From: Octopus sinensis
Lineage: Eukaryota
Direction of reading: 5' to 3'
NCBI RefSeq assembly: GCF_006345805.1
Contig: NC_042998.1
Coordinates: 84,630,001-84,694,000 of the forward strand
Length of the DNA stretch: 64,000 nucleotides
Shown: piece after piece, positions 12,072 to 24,815 of the stretch
How the letters are laid out: each line of letters begins with the position of its first letter
Position numbering within the stretch: the first letter of the stretch is position 1
Made by a program: the position numbers and the translations under genes
Notes under the pieces: model-generated
Told to the model about the DNA's origin: nothing
Databases searched by the model: none
What the model saw: the letters and a program-made list of their open reading frames with translations, nothing else

Positions 12072-12160
12072 CTTTGTTGTCAACTGGTTCAGTGCTCCTA
12101 TTCAATTTGAAGAAAGCCACCAAAGAAACAAGCACAGTAGCTGAAACCAACTTAAAGTGG
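12072..12160 (-). CDS. Candidate exon (HFKLVSATVLVSLVAFFKLNRSTEPVDNK)
   Basis: 71-nt intron from the previous exon; acceptor ctactcacag, donor aag|gtttgt; phase 2 to 1, consistent on both sides. Confidence 0.4.
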
Positions 12161-12231
12161 CTGTGAGTAGCATAAGAATACATATAGAACCCTTCCACTG
12201 GTAATGACTAATTCAGTCCTCATAGCCTTAC

Positions 12232-12354
12232 TCAGATGAAATGTGCAGAAATCCTTGTAACCCTGAAATTCCTGCTGATGATACAGAAAGAGTTTCCAGC
12301 TTTACAATGTCTTTAGTCACCACCTGAAGAGCCTGCCATAGCTGTGAGTAGCTC
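12232..12354 (-). CDS. Candidate exon (SYSQLWQALQVVTKDIVKLETLSVSSAGISGLQGFLHISS)
   Basis: Acceptor ctacag, donor ga|gtaagg; 123 nt open frame, phase 2 to 2. Confidence 0.5.
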
Positions 12355-13384
12355 CTGTAGTTTCTGTGTGGGGCAAAGCATCTCTGATACTTATTTCAAC
12401 CATCTTAGGAAAGATATCACTCTATTATCCTTAACCCTTTAGCATTTAATCTGGCCATATCTGGCACAAATATTCTACCTATTTTCTGTTAAAACTCACC
12501 AGATCCAATCTCTCACACCTACCATGCAGTGTCATTCTAAAAGTATACAAACACACCATTGAAGCTACAAGACAATGCATGATTGATTTAAAACAATTTG
12601 AATAAATAAGCATTATGAAGGTCCTGAGAGACTTGCATAGGGTGGATGTAGGTGTCTTCAAAATAAAGCTGGACCTCTTCCTGTCAGGTGTCCCAGATGA
12701 GCCAACTTCGTGACAGGAGGTGCAGATGAGGGCAGCTGCATCAAACTCCCTCATGCACCAAATGTCAATTGCTAAAGGCATTCCGGAAGTAAAATTATGA
12801 AGCAACACCAAATGGCGGTGCCCCAGCATGGCTACAGCTTGTGAGCTGAAACTAGATGAAATGAAATAAAAAAAAAAATTTTTAATTACATTTGACAAAG
12901 AAATCTGAAAGCTAAAGAGTTAATGATTCTAACAGAAAGAATTGTGGCTGTGTAATTTGCTTGTGAAGTTTGTTTCCCAATCACATGGTTCTGAGTTCAG
13001 TCCCACTGTGTGGCACCTTTGACTTTGCATGATAAATGCAAATAAGCGTCACTTTTATTCATGTAGTGTCATTTATTTCCAATATCCTGTGGAAACATGT
13101 CTGGCCATGAAAAAATAATCATTTGCTGGGAAACAGGTGAGGGTTGGTGACAGGAAGGGCAACTGGTTATAGAAAATATCTGCCCCAATAAATTCTGTCT
13201 AATCCATGCAAACAAGCGAAAGTGAGCATTAATGATGATGATGATGATAACGATAATGTCGATGATGATGAATTTAGAGATAAGACATTCATTGGTTTAT
13301 TTTCAGGTTCTGTATTGGTATTGAAAGAATGTAATAAATCAACAATATAAACAAACTATGACCCGATGAGAGTTGCTGAGAGTT

Positions 13385-13635
13385 GCTGAAGCATGGAACA
13401 AAGTGCCAGCATCAGTTGTTAGTTGTCGGAGCACTGTATCCTTCAAAATTTCCATGCTTCCTGTGATTTGCCAACACTACACCTGATTTCCTCCCCTCCA
13501 TACACACACAAGCATGTATCTGACTCATACATTGTCCGCTTTCCAGACATTTGTACATTACTGCATACACTTTATATGCACTTTCTGACAAGTTGTGGTG
13601 CACCTGAGCACTGTATACAATAATTTCATTATTAT
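13385..13635 (+). mobile_element. CR1-type LINE 3' end remnant
   Basis: gttgctgaagcatggaacaaagtgcc...cacctgagcactgtatacaataatttcattattatt, same family as 8300-8995. Confidence 0.7.
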
Positions 13636-13911
13636 TATATAACTTAAAAATTTGTACCCTGAATATTGACCTTCTGGAATTCCTTCCCTACTCATGTTTT
13701 TTCCTGCAAGTGTTGACTTGCAACAGTTTAATGATGCAACTTTCACCAGTCTCATTGTGCCTTTTCCTCCAGACCCTTCAAGTTTGTAGCAGCTTGTTTA
13801 AAGCACCATCAAGGGGTAGAATAGATTCAGCTTGTTTGATGCTCTTCCCTGCTTCCAGCCTTCTATAACCGAATGCAATGCTATTTATTAACACTGTTAA
13901 TATGATCTTAC

Positions 13912-13958
13912 TTTTTTTGTTCAATCTCCAATATGAAGATGTTTAACACCTTTTTTGT
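13912..13958 (-). CDS. Candidate exon (TKKVLNIFILEIEQK)
   Basis: Acceptor cttcagactag, donor aa|gtaaga; phase 0 to 2 joins in frame to 12354. Confidence 0.4.
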
Positions 13959-14069
13959 CTAGTCTGAAGATTAAGTTTTGAAATTCTCCTCAGACCAACC
14001 AAAAGCCTTGTGAGTGGGTATGATAGGTAGAAAATGAAAGAAGCCTGATATGTATATCAAATATATATA

Positions 14070-14484
14070 TTTTTTATTTGTTTCAGTCATTTGACAGTGG
14101 CTATGCTGGAGCACCACCTTTAGTCGAACAAATCAATCCCAGAACTTATTCTTTGTAAGCCTAGTACTTATTCTATCTCGGTCTCTTATGCTGAACTGCT
14201 CAGTTATGGAGATGCAAACATCAGTTGTCAAGCGATAGTGGGGGGACAAACAGAGACACTCAAACAGAGACACTCAAACATAGACATTCAAACACAGATA
14301 CACAAAGATATACATATATATATTCAATGGGCTTCTTTCAGTTGCCCTCTACCAAATCCACTCAAAAGGCATGGTTGGGCTAAAGCTATAGTAGAAGACA
14401 TTTGCCCAAGGTGCCACAAATTGAGATTGAGCCCGGAACCATGTAGTTGGGAAGCAAGCTTCTTACCACACAACTATGTCTGCA

Positions 14485-14485
<1 letters not shown>
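14070..14485 (-). mobile_element. SINE family A (a plus-strand 3' half follows at ~14520-14760)
   Basis: Reverse complement of the family A consensus. Confidence 0.8.
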
Positions 14486-14528
<43 letters not shown>

Positions 14529-15219
14529 GAGATGTGTGAGTCTTTATGTCTGTTTGTTCTCCACCACCAATACTTGATAACTGGTGTTTGTGGTGTGTTT
14601 ATGACCTCATAACTTAGTGGTTCAGCAAAAAGACCAATAGAATAAGTTCCTGGCTTTAAAAAAAAAAAATCCTGGGGTCAAATTGTCAGTACCTTTAAGT
14701 CAGTGCCCCACCATGGCTGCAACCAATTACAAATGACTGAAATAAGTAAAAAATAAAAGATACAAAAACGTCCAGATTTTAAAAAACACAATTCTCCATG
14801 ATACAAATATGATATATGATAGAATACAATACTTTTATAAATCAGAGTAATGTTTCTCTGTCTGTTACGTTTTTATGTTCATTAACCCCTCTTAGACTGT
14901 TGGTGCAAGGACAACGAAATTCAAACCAGCAACTCCCCTAATCCCAAGGAATGTCCTAAGGGGGTCTATTTTCTTAAAGGCTGTCTATTTGGGGCATTTT
15001 AACTGCATTTTAAACTAAATACATTACATTGGCAACTAAATCGGAGAAATGACAATGAATTTCATACCATGAACTCTCAGGGAGTATAATTTACAGGGAG
15101 TAAGGAGGTATAATTTCTGAAGGGCCACTTAAATGGGGCCTCACAGATGCCCCTATTTCTACTGCATTTACCTCACTCCTATGTTTATTGATTAAACTAT
15201 GATCAGCATCAGTGCTTAC

Positions 15220-15247
15220 CACATTTTCAGAAATAAGTTTGGTCATT
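15220..15247 (-). CDS. Candidate micro-exon (MTKLISENV)
   Basis: Acceptor gtatttag, donor gtg|gtaagc; phase 2 to 0. Short, so a chance match is possible. Confidence 0.3.
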
Positions 15248-16434
15248 CTAAATACCCTCACATACATTCAAATTGAGATAAAGAGTTATAACAGGTACAT
15301 TTCAAGTGTTGGAGTATGGATATTTATATTTTGTTGTTTATGAAACTTATGTCTAGTCTATTATGTAAAATCTGTTCTGTCTGTGTGTGTGTGTGTGTGT
15401 GTCTTCTAGGATCTCAGGCATCCTCCATCCGATTGTGCTCAAATTTGATATGTATATACCCGACGGTATCAGGAAGTGTATAAGTCTTGAAAAAATTATA
15501 AAAGTCGATTCCAGGTGAGAATGTGATCGATAAAGTATTTTTTGGAATAGAAAAAGAGTCTATCTTTATTTCTTCTTTTGCTGGTGTCTCAAATTTAGAT
15601 TAAATCAGTGTTTCTCAAAGGGGAGGCATATGGGACGGTCAGACAAGTTGTTTTGAGAAAATTTGGTTTAAATGTTTGACAACTGAGCACTGTCCATTAG
15701 TGTTTTGCTCGTATAATATAAATACACTGTTCACTCTGTAGAGTAGTTGGTGTTACGAAGAGCATACAACCATAAAAATCATGCTAAAACGAACCTCACT
15801 GGTGCTGGTACTGCATTAAAACCACCCACTACACTTTGTAAAGTAGTTGGTATAAGAAAGGGCATACAACAGTAAAAACAATGTCAAAATAGACAATGGA
15901 GCTTGGTGCAGTTCTCTGGCTTGCCAGCTCTCATCAAAATGTCGAATCCATGCCAGTATTGAAAATTGACATTAAATGATGATGATGATGATCTATATAT
16001 ATGTATAAAATAAAGTGTGTGTGTGCGTCTGTGTGTGTAGTACATATGCATATCTATAGTTTTCAACCAATTTTCACTAAACTTTACATACACATTCCTT
16101 ATGTGCCAAGGATGGTCATGGACTATAACATTTTGCCCAGAGCTCCCAAATAATGTGAGAAACTGACGGGTTTTTCACATAGATTTTTCTGTAAAAACTG
16201 CAGTTTTCAATCAATTCTCTCCCTTTGACTTCTGAAGTTTTCAAGTGATTCTCTCCCTTTTCTTTCTCTATCTCTTCTCTTTTCCATTTACACTCTCTGC
16301 AATACTTCCTCTCTTTAAGTCTTTGTCTATTTCTTTCACCCTCTGTCTGTCTCTCACTCTCTCTCTCTCTCTGTCGTGCATGAATATCTTTGTCTTCATG
16401 CTATTTGTACGTTCTCCCTAGAACATTATTTTAC

Positions 16435-16720
16435 TTCATCATCATCATTGTTTAACAACCGCTTTCCATGCTAGCATGGGTTGGACGATTTGACTGGCGA
16501 ACCAGATGGCTGCACCAGGCTCCAGCCTTGATCTGGCAGAGTTTCTACAGCTGGATACCCTTCCTTACACCAACCACTCCAAGAGTGTTGTGGGTGCTTT
16601 TACATGCCACCAGCATGAGGGCCAGTCAGGCAGTACTGGCAACTGCCACGCTCAAATGGTGTTTTTTACATGCCACCTGCACAGGAGCCAGTCCAGCAGC
16701 ACTGGCAACAAATACACTAT
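16435..16720 (-). mobile_element. RTE-type 3' tail (others at ~13080+, 15780+, 21115-, 27830+, 30540-, 30940+, 43005+, 44740-)
   Basis: catcatcatcattgtttaacaaccgctttccatgctagcatggg..., reverse complement of the RTE 3' UTR. Confidence 0.8.
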
Positions 16721-17490
16721 TTACATTTCTTCCTCTATCAAAAACCGTTATGATACAGGCAATAAACCTTCATTACTAACCAATGAGAACTGAAACATGC
16801 CACTGAGCATTCATGCGTTAGAAAAAAGATATCCTAAAGTGACTCAAGTTCTTTCACACAACCTCTTTTCTTTTATGCACTGAAATGGGGTGTGTAATTT
16901 CTGTCTACAAATTGACTTCCTTGTGTGATATAACATTGTTTCACTTTTATTCTTTCACTTCTTATTCTAATGTGATAAGACAATAATATTGTTTCACTTA
17001 ATGTGTGTGTGTTCGCGCATTCAATATGTATGAAATAGTAAAGGACGTTTTATACCATGATGATGATGACATCACATATACGAATGTGTATGTGTCTCTG
17101 AGTGTATGTGTGTGGGTGTATGAGTGTGTATGTCTCTCTGACTCTGTGTGTGTTTCTGTATTAGGTACATTATTAAACACATACAAATATAGGCAAGCTA
17201 TTACGAGAGGCAAAAGTTTTGTAAGGCAACATTGGATTGGGTTATAGTCTATCTGGTGGTTTGCCTTTTATTCCTTCTAAAATATGCTTTGTAAAATGTG
17301 GATATGATGAGTAAGTTTCACTCTTGGGATTTATACAGTCCCTGAAGGTGTATAGGCTTTTTAAAAGATAAAGATTTTCAAGTAAGATATGGAGCTTCTT
17401 TTTGATCAGTTAATATTAAGTTCTGGTCTGATAAAGGATCTTCCAGTCAATGTAGTTAAACACTTCCATTCATAAGGCAGGACAGCTCAC

Positions 17491-17652
17491 AGCTACTTGT
17501 GGTTTTTGCTTATAAAGTAGAGCTAAATTTGACTGGAAAGATAGTTTAGTAAGTGATATGACACACCTGTTTAAACTGTAAATCATATTGTATGACAGGA
17601 TGTTTAAATTTGAATGTAGATATGCTACATGACTGGTGAAACTGGAAATATT
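17491..17652 (-). CDS. Candidate exon (NISSFTSHVAYLHSNLNILSYNMIYSLNRCVISLTKLSFQSNLALLYKQKPQVA)
   Basis: Acceptor ccttttgtacag, donor gct|gtgagc; 162 nt open; internal alternative acceptors exist. Confidence 0.35.
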
Positions 17653-18030
17653 CTGTACAAAAGGCATAGCTATGACAAATATTTTGGAAAATCTGTGTAT
17701 GCATGATTATAGTAACAACAGTCAAGTAATTGTTACATACCCTCCAGTACTGTCGCTAAAAAACAACTATAACAGACTGCCCTTGAAATATCATGGTGAA
17801 ATTTTGAAATATATTTAGGAGGTTCTTAGCAAGACTTTTCTGACAGAAATTCTTAATTCTCAACTTGAACATAATGAAAGCTCCTCTTCAAATCACAAAG
17901 CAGTTTAAACTTCAGCCTTACTAATTTGTAAAAGCTGTAAGTCAGAAAGTAATTATAACTCTATTTTCATCACCAATGTACATACATAGATACATACATA
18001 CATACATACATAGATACATACATACATGCA

Positions 18031-18071
<41 letters not shown>

Positions 18072-18299
18072 ATTTAGAAACTTTGAGAGAATGTGAAATA
18101 ATTTGTTTTTAATTGTAGCAGATAAAGCTATAAATAATAGCATATAAATATTGGGATAAAAAGAAACCTTCGGTCAAAAATTAAATATGTAAGCAGAATC
18201 TTCCCCAAAAATGTATATTTATAGAGTTAATGTTTATTAAATGCATTTCATTTTCAAAATTCAATTGAATCTACATACAGAATTTGATTTCTATTATTA

Positions 18300-19340
18300 T
18301 TGCCTGTTTTCAAATTGATGTCCATTCTGCTCCAGGTACAGCTTATATCACATAGCAATGGAATTGTAAACATCTAGAAACATTTTGTTTGGTACTTGTG
18401 AGCTTTCTCACTGAATGACAAACCAAAATTTGTCAACTGTTGCCGACTTTGTACAGTAAATTTTATCTTTTAAGTACCCCCATATAAAATAGCTTTGTGC
18501 TGTGAGGTCCAATGAACTTGTCAAGGTAAGCCCTTACATTACTATGATGGTACAGGGGTGCCTCATCTTGCTGGAATCTATAAGATTCCACATCAACAAA
18601 CTCCTCTTGAATCCTTGGCATTTCAGGTTGTTTCAGCAAATTCAAGTAAATGGAAACAATCACAAAACTATTGAAAAAGAGCAGTGCAATTAATCCTTTT
18701 GGTTATAAGCCACACCGTACTCTAACTCCTGGTAAATTAACATGATGTTCCTCCAATATATGTAGTGTCAGGTCTATGGTAGGTACAATTGTGACAGTTA
18801 ATCTAACCGTTTAATTTAAATGTAGCCACATTTGTTGGAAAGAACACATCTTCTACACAACTCTTCAATACATCTTACCAAGTACACTCTTCAAAATGAC
18901 ACTCGTCAGTCTGAATCATCATCATTGAAAACCCAGCTTGTTCTTGGAGTGTAATTTTTCCAATAACACTTTTCAAAATTCAATGGGCGCTTAATTTTGA
19001 GATCCCTATCTCATGGCTTGCTTGTCACACATTTTCTTGAAAACTGGCAATACATTTCTAGTGCCCTTTCTTGCTTTGTGAGGTTTGTCAATGTAACATG
19101 GTGTTCTAGAATGTCTCTTGTGGACATTCTGAACAGTTCTATCTGCTCTAAACTTACCTCTAATGTGAGTGGTGTTGGTGGATCTGTTTAAAACTCCCTA
19201 AAGTGTACTTGCACTTTGACTACATTTTCAAACTTCCAATATAGCTTTGAGATAAATTTCCTTTGTTCAAGTTTAGTTTGGCTCCCCTCATTATTTTTAG
19301 TAAGTTTCATCTAAAAGAAACAAAAACTTGAAAATTAAAT
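18300..19340 (-). mobile_element. Degenerate Tc1/mariner-type transposase (DDE) element
   Basis: RFQQDEAPLYHHSNVRAYLDK (FQQDGAPxH motif) and a C-terminal EQNGHQFE; frameshifted. Confidence 0.75.
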
Positions 19341-19964
19341 GAGCTATCAGGTGTTAAAGAATAGATACATACACACCTACATACATATATACATACATAC
19401 ACACATGTACATACTCATGTGTGCGTGTGTGTGTGTGTTAGCCATCTAAGAGTCCTTGAGTCAGGAAAATATGCATTTGTACACCTGTCAGTATGGTTAG
19501 TATATTAATCCAGGTGCACAGTATTATATATCCATTATGGCTGATCTTACCAATTGGTTTCACTTTTGGGGTTAAACACAGTGTTAATAAGTTTGAAAAT
19601 GGTGAAATTCAATGGATATAAATTAATTTATTAATTATTTAATATTGCCTACAATTGTTTCACTTCACACTCAATTTAAATTACAAAACATATATTATGG
19701 TATAAGTTTGCATTTTGAGTACCCTGTGTGTAAGATCTTCAGAGCAAAATGGACATTACAAAGTTTACATTTTGATCTCAATTGAAGTACTCCAACAGAA
19801 ATATCTCTTCAAAATGAAACATATCAAACCAGGGTATCTTGGATAAAACTATCTCTATAAGAGGTTTTAATATCCTCATAGTGTATATATATATTTTTTT
19901 GTTTCAGTCATTAGACTCCAGCCATGTTGGAGCACTGCCTTTAAAAATAAAATATGAGCTCACC

Positions 19965-20127
19965 AGGATGGAGTGGCTGTGTGGTAAGTAGCTTGCTTAC
20001 CAACCATATGGTTCCGGGTTCATTCCCACTGCATGGCACCTTAGGCAAGTGTCTTCTACTAGAGCCTTGGCCCAACCAAAGCCTTGTGAGTGGATTTGGT
20101 AGACGGAAACTGAAAGAATCCTGCCAC

Positions 20128-20174
<47 letters not shown>

Positions 20175-20347
20175 GTATGTATGTATGTGTGTGTGTGTAT
20201 ATGTTTGTGTGTCTGTGTGTGTATATGTTTGTGTGTTGTCCCCACAACATCGCTTGACAATCGATGTTGGTGTTTACGTCCCCGTAACTGGATTTGGTAG
20301 ACGGAAACTGAAAGAATCCTGCCACATATGTGTATATATATATATAT

Positions 20348-20411
<64 letters not shown>

Positions 20412-20645
20412 GTGTGTGTGTGTATATGTTTGTGTGTCTGTGTGTGTATATGTTTGTGTGTTGTCCCCACAACATCGCTTGACAATCGATGTTGGTGTTT
20501 ACGTCCCCGTAACTTAGCGGTTCGGTAAAAGAGACTGATTGAATAACTATTAGGCTTACAAAGAATAAGTCTTGGGGTCAATTTGCTTGACTAAAGGTGG
20601 TGCTCCAGCTTGGCTGCAGTCAAATGACAGAAACAAGTAAAAGAG
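19965..20645 (+). mobile_element. SINE family A with an internal ~220-bp tandem duplication
   Basis: tggatttggtagacggaaactg...tacgtccccgtaact is present twice (~20090-20288 and ~20289-20512). Confidence 0.85.
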
Positions 20646-21363
20646 TATATATAAAATACAAAATGAGACAAGAACGCAAAACATCCAGACAGTTAGGTGA
20701 TACATGAAAGGGACAACAAAACATCCAGATAGATGATACAAAGAAAACAATTTTGGCTGGTTATATTCGAGATTGTGCCAATCTGGCCAGCCCCAAGGAA
20801 AATCTAAGCTAAGAGCATTAGATTCCTTGGAAGAAAGCAGTGAATATATACGAAAAAAAGGACAGGGACACAGTGAAGTGAAAAGTAGAGGGAAAGTGAG
20901 CATGAAGAGAAGGCAATGAAATGTGAGAGAGGGGGAACAAAAGAACGAAGAGCGGAATGAATGAAATAAGCATGAAAGGGCTGATAGAAGAAGGAAAGAA
21001 TAAAAGAATAAGAAGATAGAGTCATACAAGATTTAGATAAATATATACTTACATATAAGAGACCAAATTGTACGTACGTCGCTATATATATATATATACA
21101 TGTATGTATGTATAAATCATCGTCATCATCATCATCATTGTTTAACGTCTGTTTTCCATGCTTGCATGGGTACTGACAGTTTGACTGAGGACTGACAAAC
21201 CAAGAGTCTGCACCAGGCGCCAATCTGATCTGGCAAAGTTTATACAGCTGGATGCCCTTCCTAATGCCAACCACTCCAAGAGTGTAGTGGGCGCTTTTTA
21301 CATGCCACTGGCACGAGGGCCAGTCAGGCAGTACTGACATCGACCATGCTCGAATGGTTTTAT

Positions 21364-21395
<32 letters not shown>

Positions 21396-21888
21396 AATCC
21401 AAATTGAAGCAATGGGGCAGGTAAAATTCAGGCTATATAATTACCCAATGAGGGGTTCCTAGATATCCACTCACCAGACCAAAGATACTTTAATTATATG
21501 AAGATATCTTTGGTAAGTTAACTTGAGATTCTTTAATGACAATGTAGCCTTCATATAATTATCTTCGGCCTGGCGAACACCTACCTTAATATCTCTCATT
21601 GAGTAATTATTACATCAGAGGATCTGCTAGCTAGGATACACATGTTACTTGGATTTTACCTGCTCTACTCCTTCAACTTGGATTTTTATTCGCATTCATG
21701 GCAACTCAAGTTTCTAACCTTGTGGTATAAAAATTTTTTCAGCTTATCGAACTTTGATTTGGGCAAAGCTTACAAACTTTGACACTAAGGAATTATCATT
21801 GTTCTTGAATATTGTTTCTTACACCTACCATGGACTGCTTGAAGCTTACAAACTTCCTACACTTAAATCCCTGGATCTTATAATTATA

Positions 21889-21933
<45 letters not shown>

Positions 21934-22101
21934 TATATATATTTGTTGAAATAGAAAGATGAATTTTCTTGTTACAGATTATTCAAAAGTTTAACCGATA
22001 CCTGGGTAGCAAAAATCACAGCAGAAAAAAGCACGGTTGGAGATAAGACCATTTGGTGTTGCAACCGTGCGTTGGTGCGGATAATTGAAGTTTAATATTA
22101 T

Positions 22102-22483
22102 TAGTGAATGGAAGAAATGGAGTTGAACGAAGATTGTACAGAATTCCTTTTATTACATTCTACACATGTTTCAAAGGCCACAAATTTCCAAATTCTGATT
22201 AAATAAGGGTACCATATTGTGGCTTTCTCTTCAGGAAAAAACAGGAATTCCGTTGAACAAGGGTTTAGCCATGGGCTCTTAAGGAGCGTCCTCGTTCGAA
22301 TTGCGTTGCTGCGCCTCTGTTTTGTTTTGTTCTGTCAACGGAATTCCTGTTTTTTCCTGAAGAGAAAGCCACAATATGGTACCCTTATTTAATCAGAATT
22401 TGGAAATTTGTGGCCTTTGAAACATGTGTAGAATGTAATAAAAGGAATTCTGTACAATCTTCGTTCAACTCCATTTCTTCCAT

Positions 22484-22489
<6 letters not shown>
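22102..22489. repeat. Perfect 155-bp inverted repeat around a 78-nt spacer; each arm carries a hammerhead ribozyme motif
   Basis: Arms 22102-22256 and 22335-22489 are exact reverse complements as read; the right end abuts (TA)n. Confidence 0.9.
22351..22436 (+). ncRNA. Minimal type-I hammerhead ribozyme motif (mirror copy on minus at ~22155-22240)
   Basis: ttc-CUGAAGA-gaaagccacaa...uuguggccuuu-GAAAC-augu-GUA-gaa: core, stem II, 2-bp stem III with palindromic ACAUGU, NUH=GUA, short stem I (uuc/gaa). Confidence 0.7.
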
Positions 22490-22514
<25 letters not shown>

Positions 22515-22579
22515 CAAAAGGATGTGTCTTAATTCTATTCTACATATACAAAATTAGCCATACCAACAATCTAACATAC

Positions 22580-22623
22580 CTCCATCATCAGCTGCCCCAC
22601 CGATATCACTATGGTTTCAACAC
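22580..22623 (-). CDS. Candidate exon (GVETIVISVGQLMME)
   Basis: Strong donor gag|gtatgt, acceptor tgcccag; phase 1 to 0. Confidence 0.35.
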
Positions 22624-22829
22624 CTGGGCAGTATCATCCAATCTGGCGGTGTCAACAGCACTAAAATATGCATTGTTTGGGAACAAACAGACCAAAGAAA
22701 CCACAACTTTTAAACACATTTACCCTATGTGCAACTGTATCAGTAAATAAATTCAACAAGTACAAAAATTATATTCCCTGCTGTCTTCCATAGTATAATA
22801 TAAAAGTGAAATATATATACATATATATA

Positions 22830-23770
22830 ACTAGCTTAAGGTGACTGGCTCTACGCGCGGGTAAGAGTGTGGTTGTTACTTTCTGTTGCTTCCCTTCTGT
22901 TTTTTATCACCACATTCTCCCTCTTTGTTTCTCTCTCCTTTCTCTCTCACTTTCCCACTCTCTTACTCTTCATTTCTCTCGGACTCTCCCTCGCTTTCTC
23001 TTACTCTCTATCTTTCTCTATCTATCTCTCTCCCATTTATAAACAACAAAAGATCTTGAGAAAGTTGAGAAAGAAAATAGTTTGAAAGATGAATCATAAA
23101 TATCAGGCAGTGACAACGGAAAGGTCTGCTTCAAGGCAGATAGCAAAACACTAACAATTAAAAAGGGACAGACGAACTTGCTAGCTGAATAAAAATGAAA
23201 AAATATTGGAAATCAAAGTTTGAAGGGATAGAATCTGAGGATAGTAGGGTCACCATGGCTGGCATTTCTTAACGATGGACAGCAACGTAACGGTAGTTTA
23301 ACAGCTGACAAAAAAATTTTGAACTTGATGTAAAAGAAAATTTCTAAACACCAAGTTTTGAAGTGATTCTTTCTCACGACAGTAGACTCACCATGGCAAG
23401 CATTCAAAACTTCTTCATCATGGACGGCAACACATTGACAATTTAAAGGCTGGTGCAAATTTTTTAGCTTGATGTAACAGAGAATTCCTAAACACCCACT
23501 CCTGTAAATTTTAATCCTCTTCCAGCCCCATTTAGACCCTTTTTCACATTTTGGTTAATATAACCCGATTTCATTTGGGTCTACTCGGACCACATTTTAT
23601 AAGATGAGGAATTTTGTCCTAGAGGTCACGCCTTTCATTTGAGGAAAGAAATAGTTGTTATGCAAACTCGCCAGCACTTTTAACATAGGTGTGCATATTT
23701 TCAGCTCAACCGACCACATAATGCACACACACACACACACACACATATATACGCATTAAATATATATATG
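22830..23770 (+). mobile_element. Non-autonomous Helitron/Helentron-like element
   Basis: 5' ACTAGCttaaggtgactggctctacgcgcgggt; 3' aacataggtgtgcatattttcagctcaaccgacc..(CA)n..gcattaaatatatata; Lep1/DINE-like architecture. Confidence 0.5.
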
Positions 23771-24090
23771 TGTACATATATACGCATTATATATATGTGT
23801 GTGTGTGTATGCATTTTATATACAAATGTATACAAATTATATATATATATATACATACATATAAATACAGATATATACACTTTGTATATATACATTATAT
23901 ATACATATTTATATATAGAACACACACACATATATAAATTAACCCAATAAATATCTGATTCATAATATTTGTTCTCATGATTGTGTGGTGGTGGAGGCGA
24001 TGATAATTCTCTCTATGAATGCAGACAGACATATATATAGAGAGAGAGTGTGTGACAGCATTGGCGAAGGTGGCGGAGGAAAGATAGTAG

Positions 24091-24220
24091 ACGTTATAGA
24101 GAGAAAGTGAAGGGAAGGGAGGTAGATGCTGTGAAACAACGTTATAGAGAGAAATTGAAGGGAAGGGAGGTAGACGCTGTGAAACAACGTTATAGAGAGA
24201 AGGTGAAAGGAAGGGAGGAA
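24091..24220. repeat. ~48-bp minisatellite, about 3 copies
   Basis: acgttatagagagaaa.tgaagggaagggaggtaga.gctgtgaaaca repeated. Confidence 0.8.
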
Positions 24221-24593
24221 AGAGAGTGAGAGATGGAGAAAGACAGACACATAAAAGAATGAGAGGAGACTTGTCAAAGTGTGCGTTTTTGGCCCTAGCA
24301 ATGACACCTTTTAAGATGGGGATTTCTAACCTAGCCCATTTGCATCCTCACCTCATTTTACATGTCCCTGTAAATTTTGGAGTCAATCTGACAGGATCTA
24401 GTGGCCTTTAACCTGTTCTCAATGCCAAAACCAGACAAACAAACTTTTTGTATTTCAGAATTATAATATAGAGATTAAGCCAAAAGTTTGTCTTGCATCT
24501 TAAGTTTCATGCCACTGTGATCTTCAAGGAAATCTCAGAGGATTGTTTTGCCAGAGGGTTGCAGCAACATGAAACTCAAATCCTGAGACAAAC

Positions 24594-24624
24594 CCTCAGC
24601 TTCAATTTTAATAAAAGCTATATC
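24594..24624 (-). CDS. Candidate exon (DIAFIKIEAE-G)
   Basis: Acceptor gttgtacag, weak donor g|gtttgt; phase 0 to 1 links 24755 and 22623. Confidence 0.25.
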
Positions 24625-24754
24625 CTGTACAACATGTATTAAGCATTGCCTTCTCATCTATGTGGTATTGAGCAACACACACACACACAATCAAATTTTT
24701 GTTTTAAAATAAATTTTAAATATTTTATAATGTACTCTCTGGAATGCTACATAC

Positions 24755-24815
24755 CTGAAGATTTTGAGGAAAGTTATCTAAAAATAGATAGCTATACCTG
24801 TTTCTCACAGTCAAG
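24755..24815 (-). CDS. Candidate exon ending ...DNFPQNLQ (acceptor at 24815, phase 2, or at 24777, phase 1)
   Basis: Strong donor cag|gtatgt; acceptors ttttctaacag and ctatttttag. The 24777 option joins 27622 in frame (VIYT-DNFPQNLQ). Confidence 0.45.

Noticed and set aside
11849-12162. Alternative plus-strand exons (QCVTQEEGSGS.., ELACHKPLL..; also 15231-15294)
   Set aside because: They cannot be joined in phase without a stop, whereas the overlapping minus-strand exons chain consistently and end at a stop plus polyA signal.
24480-24624. In-frame TGA between two open segments (possible selenocysteine)
   Set aside because: No SECIS seen and no selenoprotein motif; an earlier donor explains the exon without readthrough.
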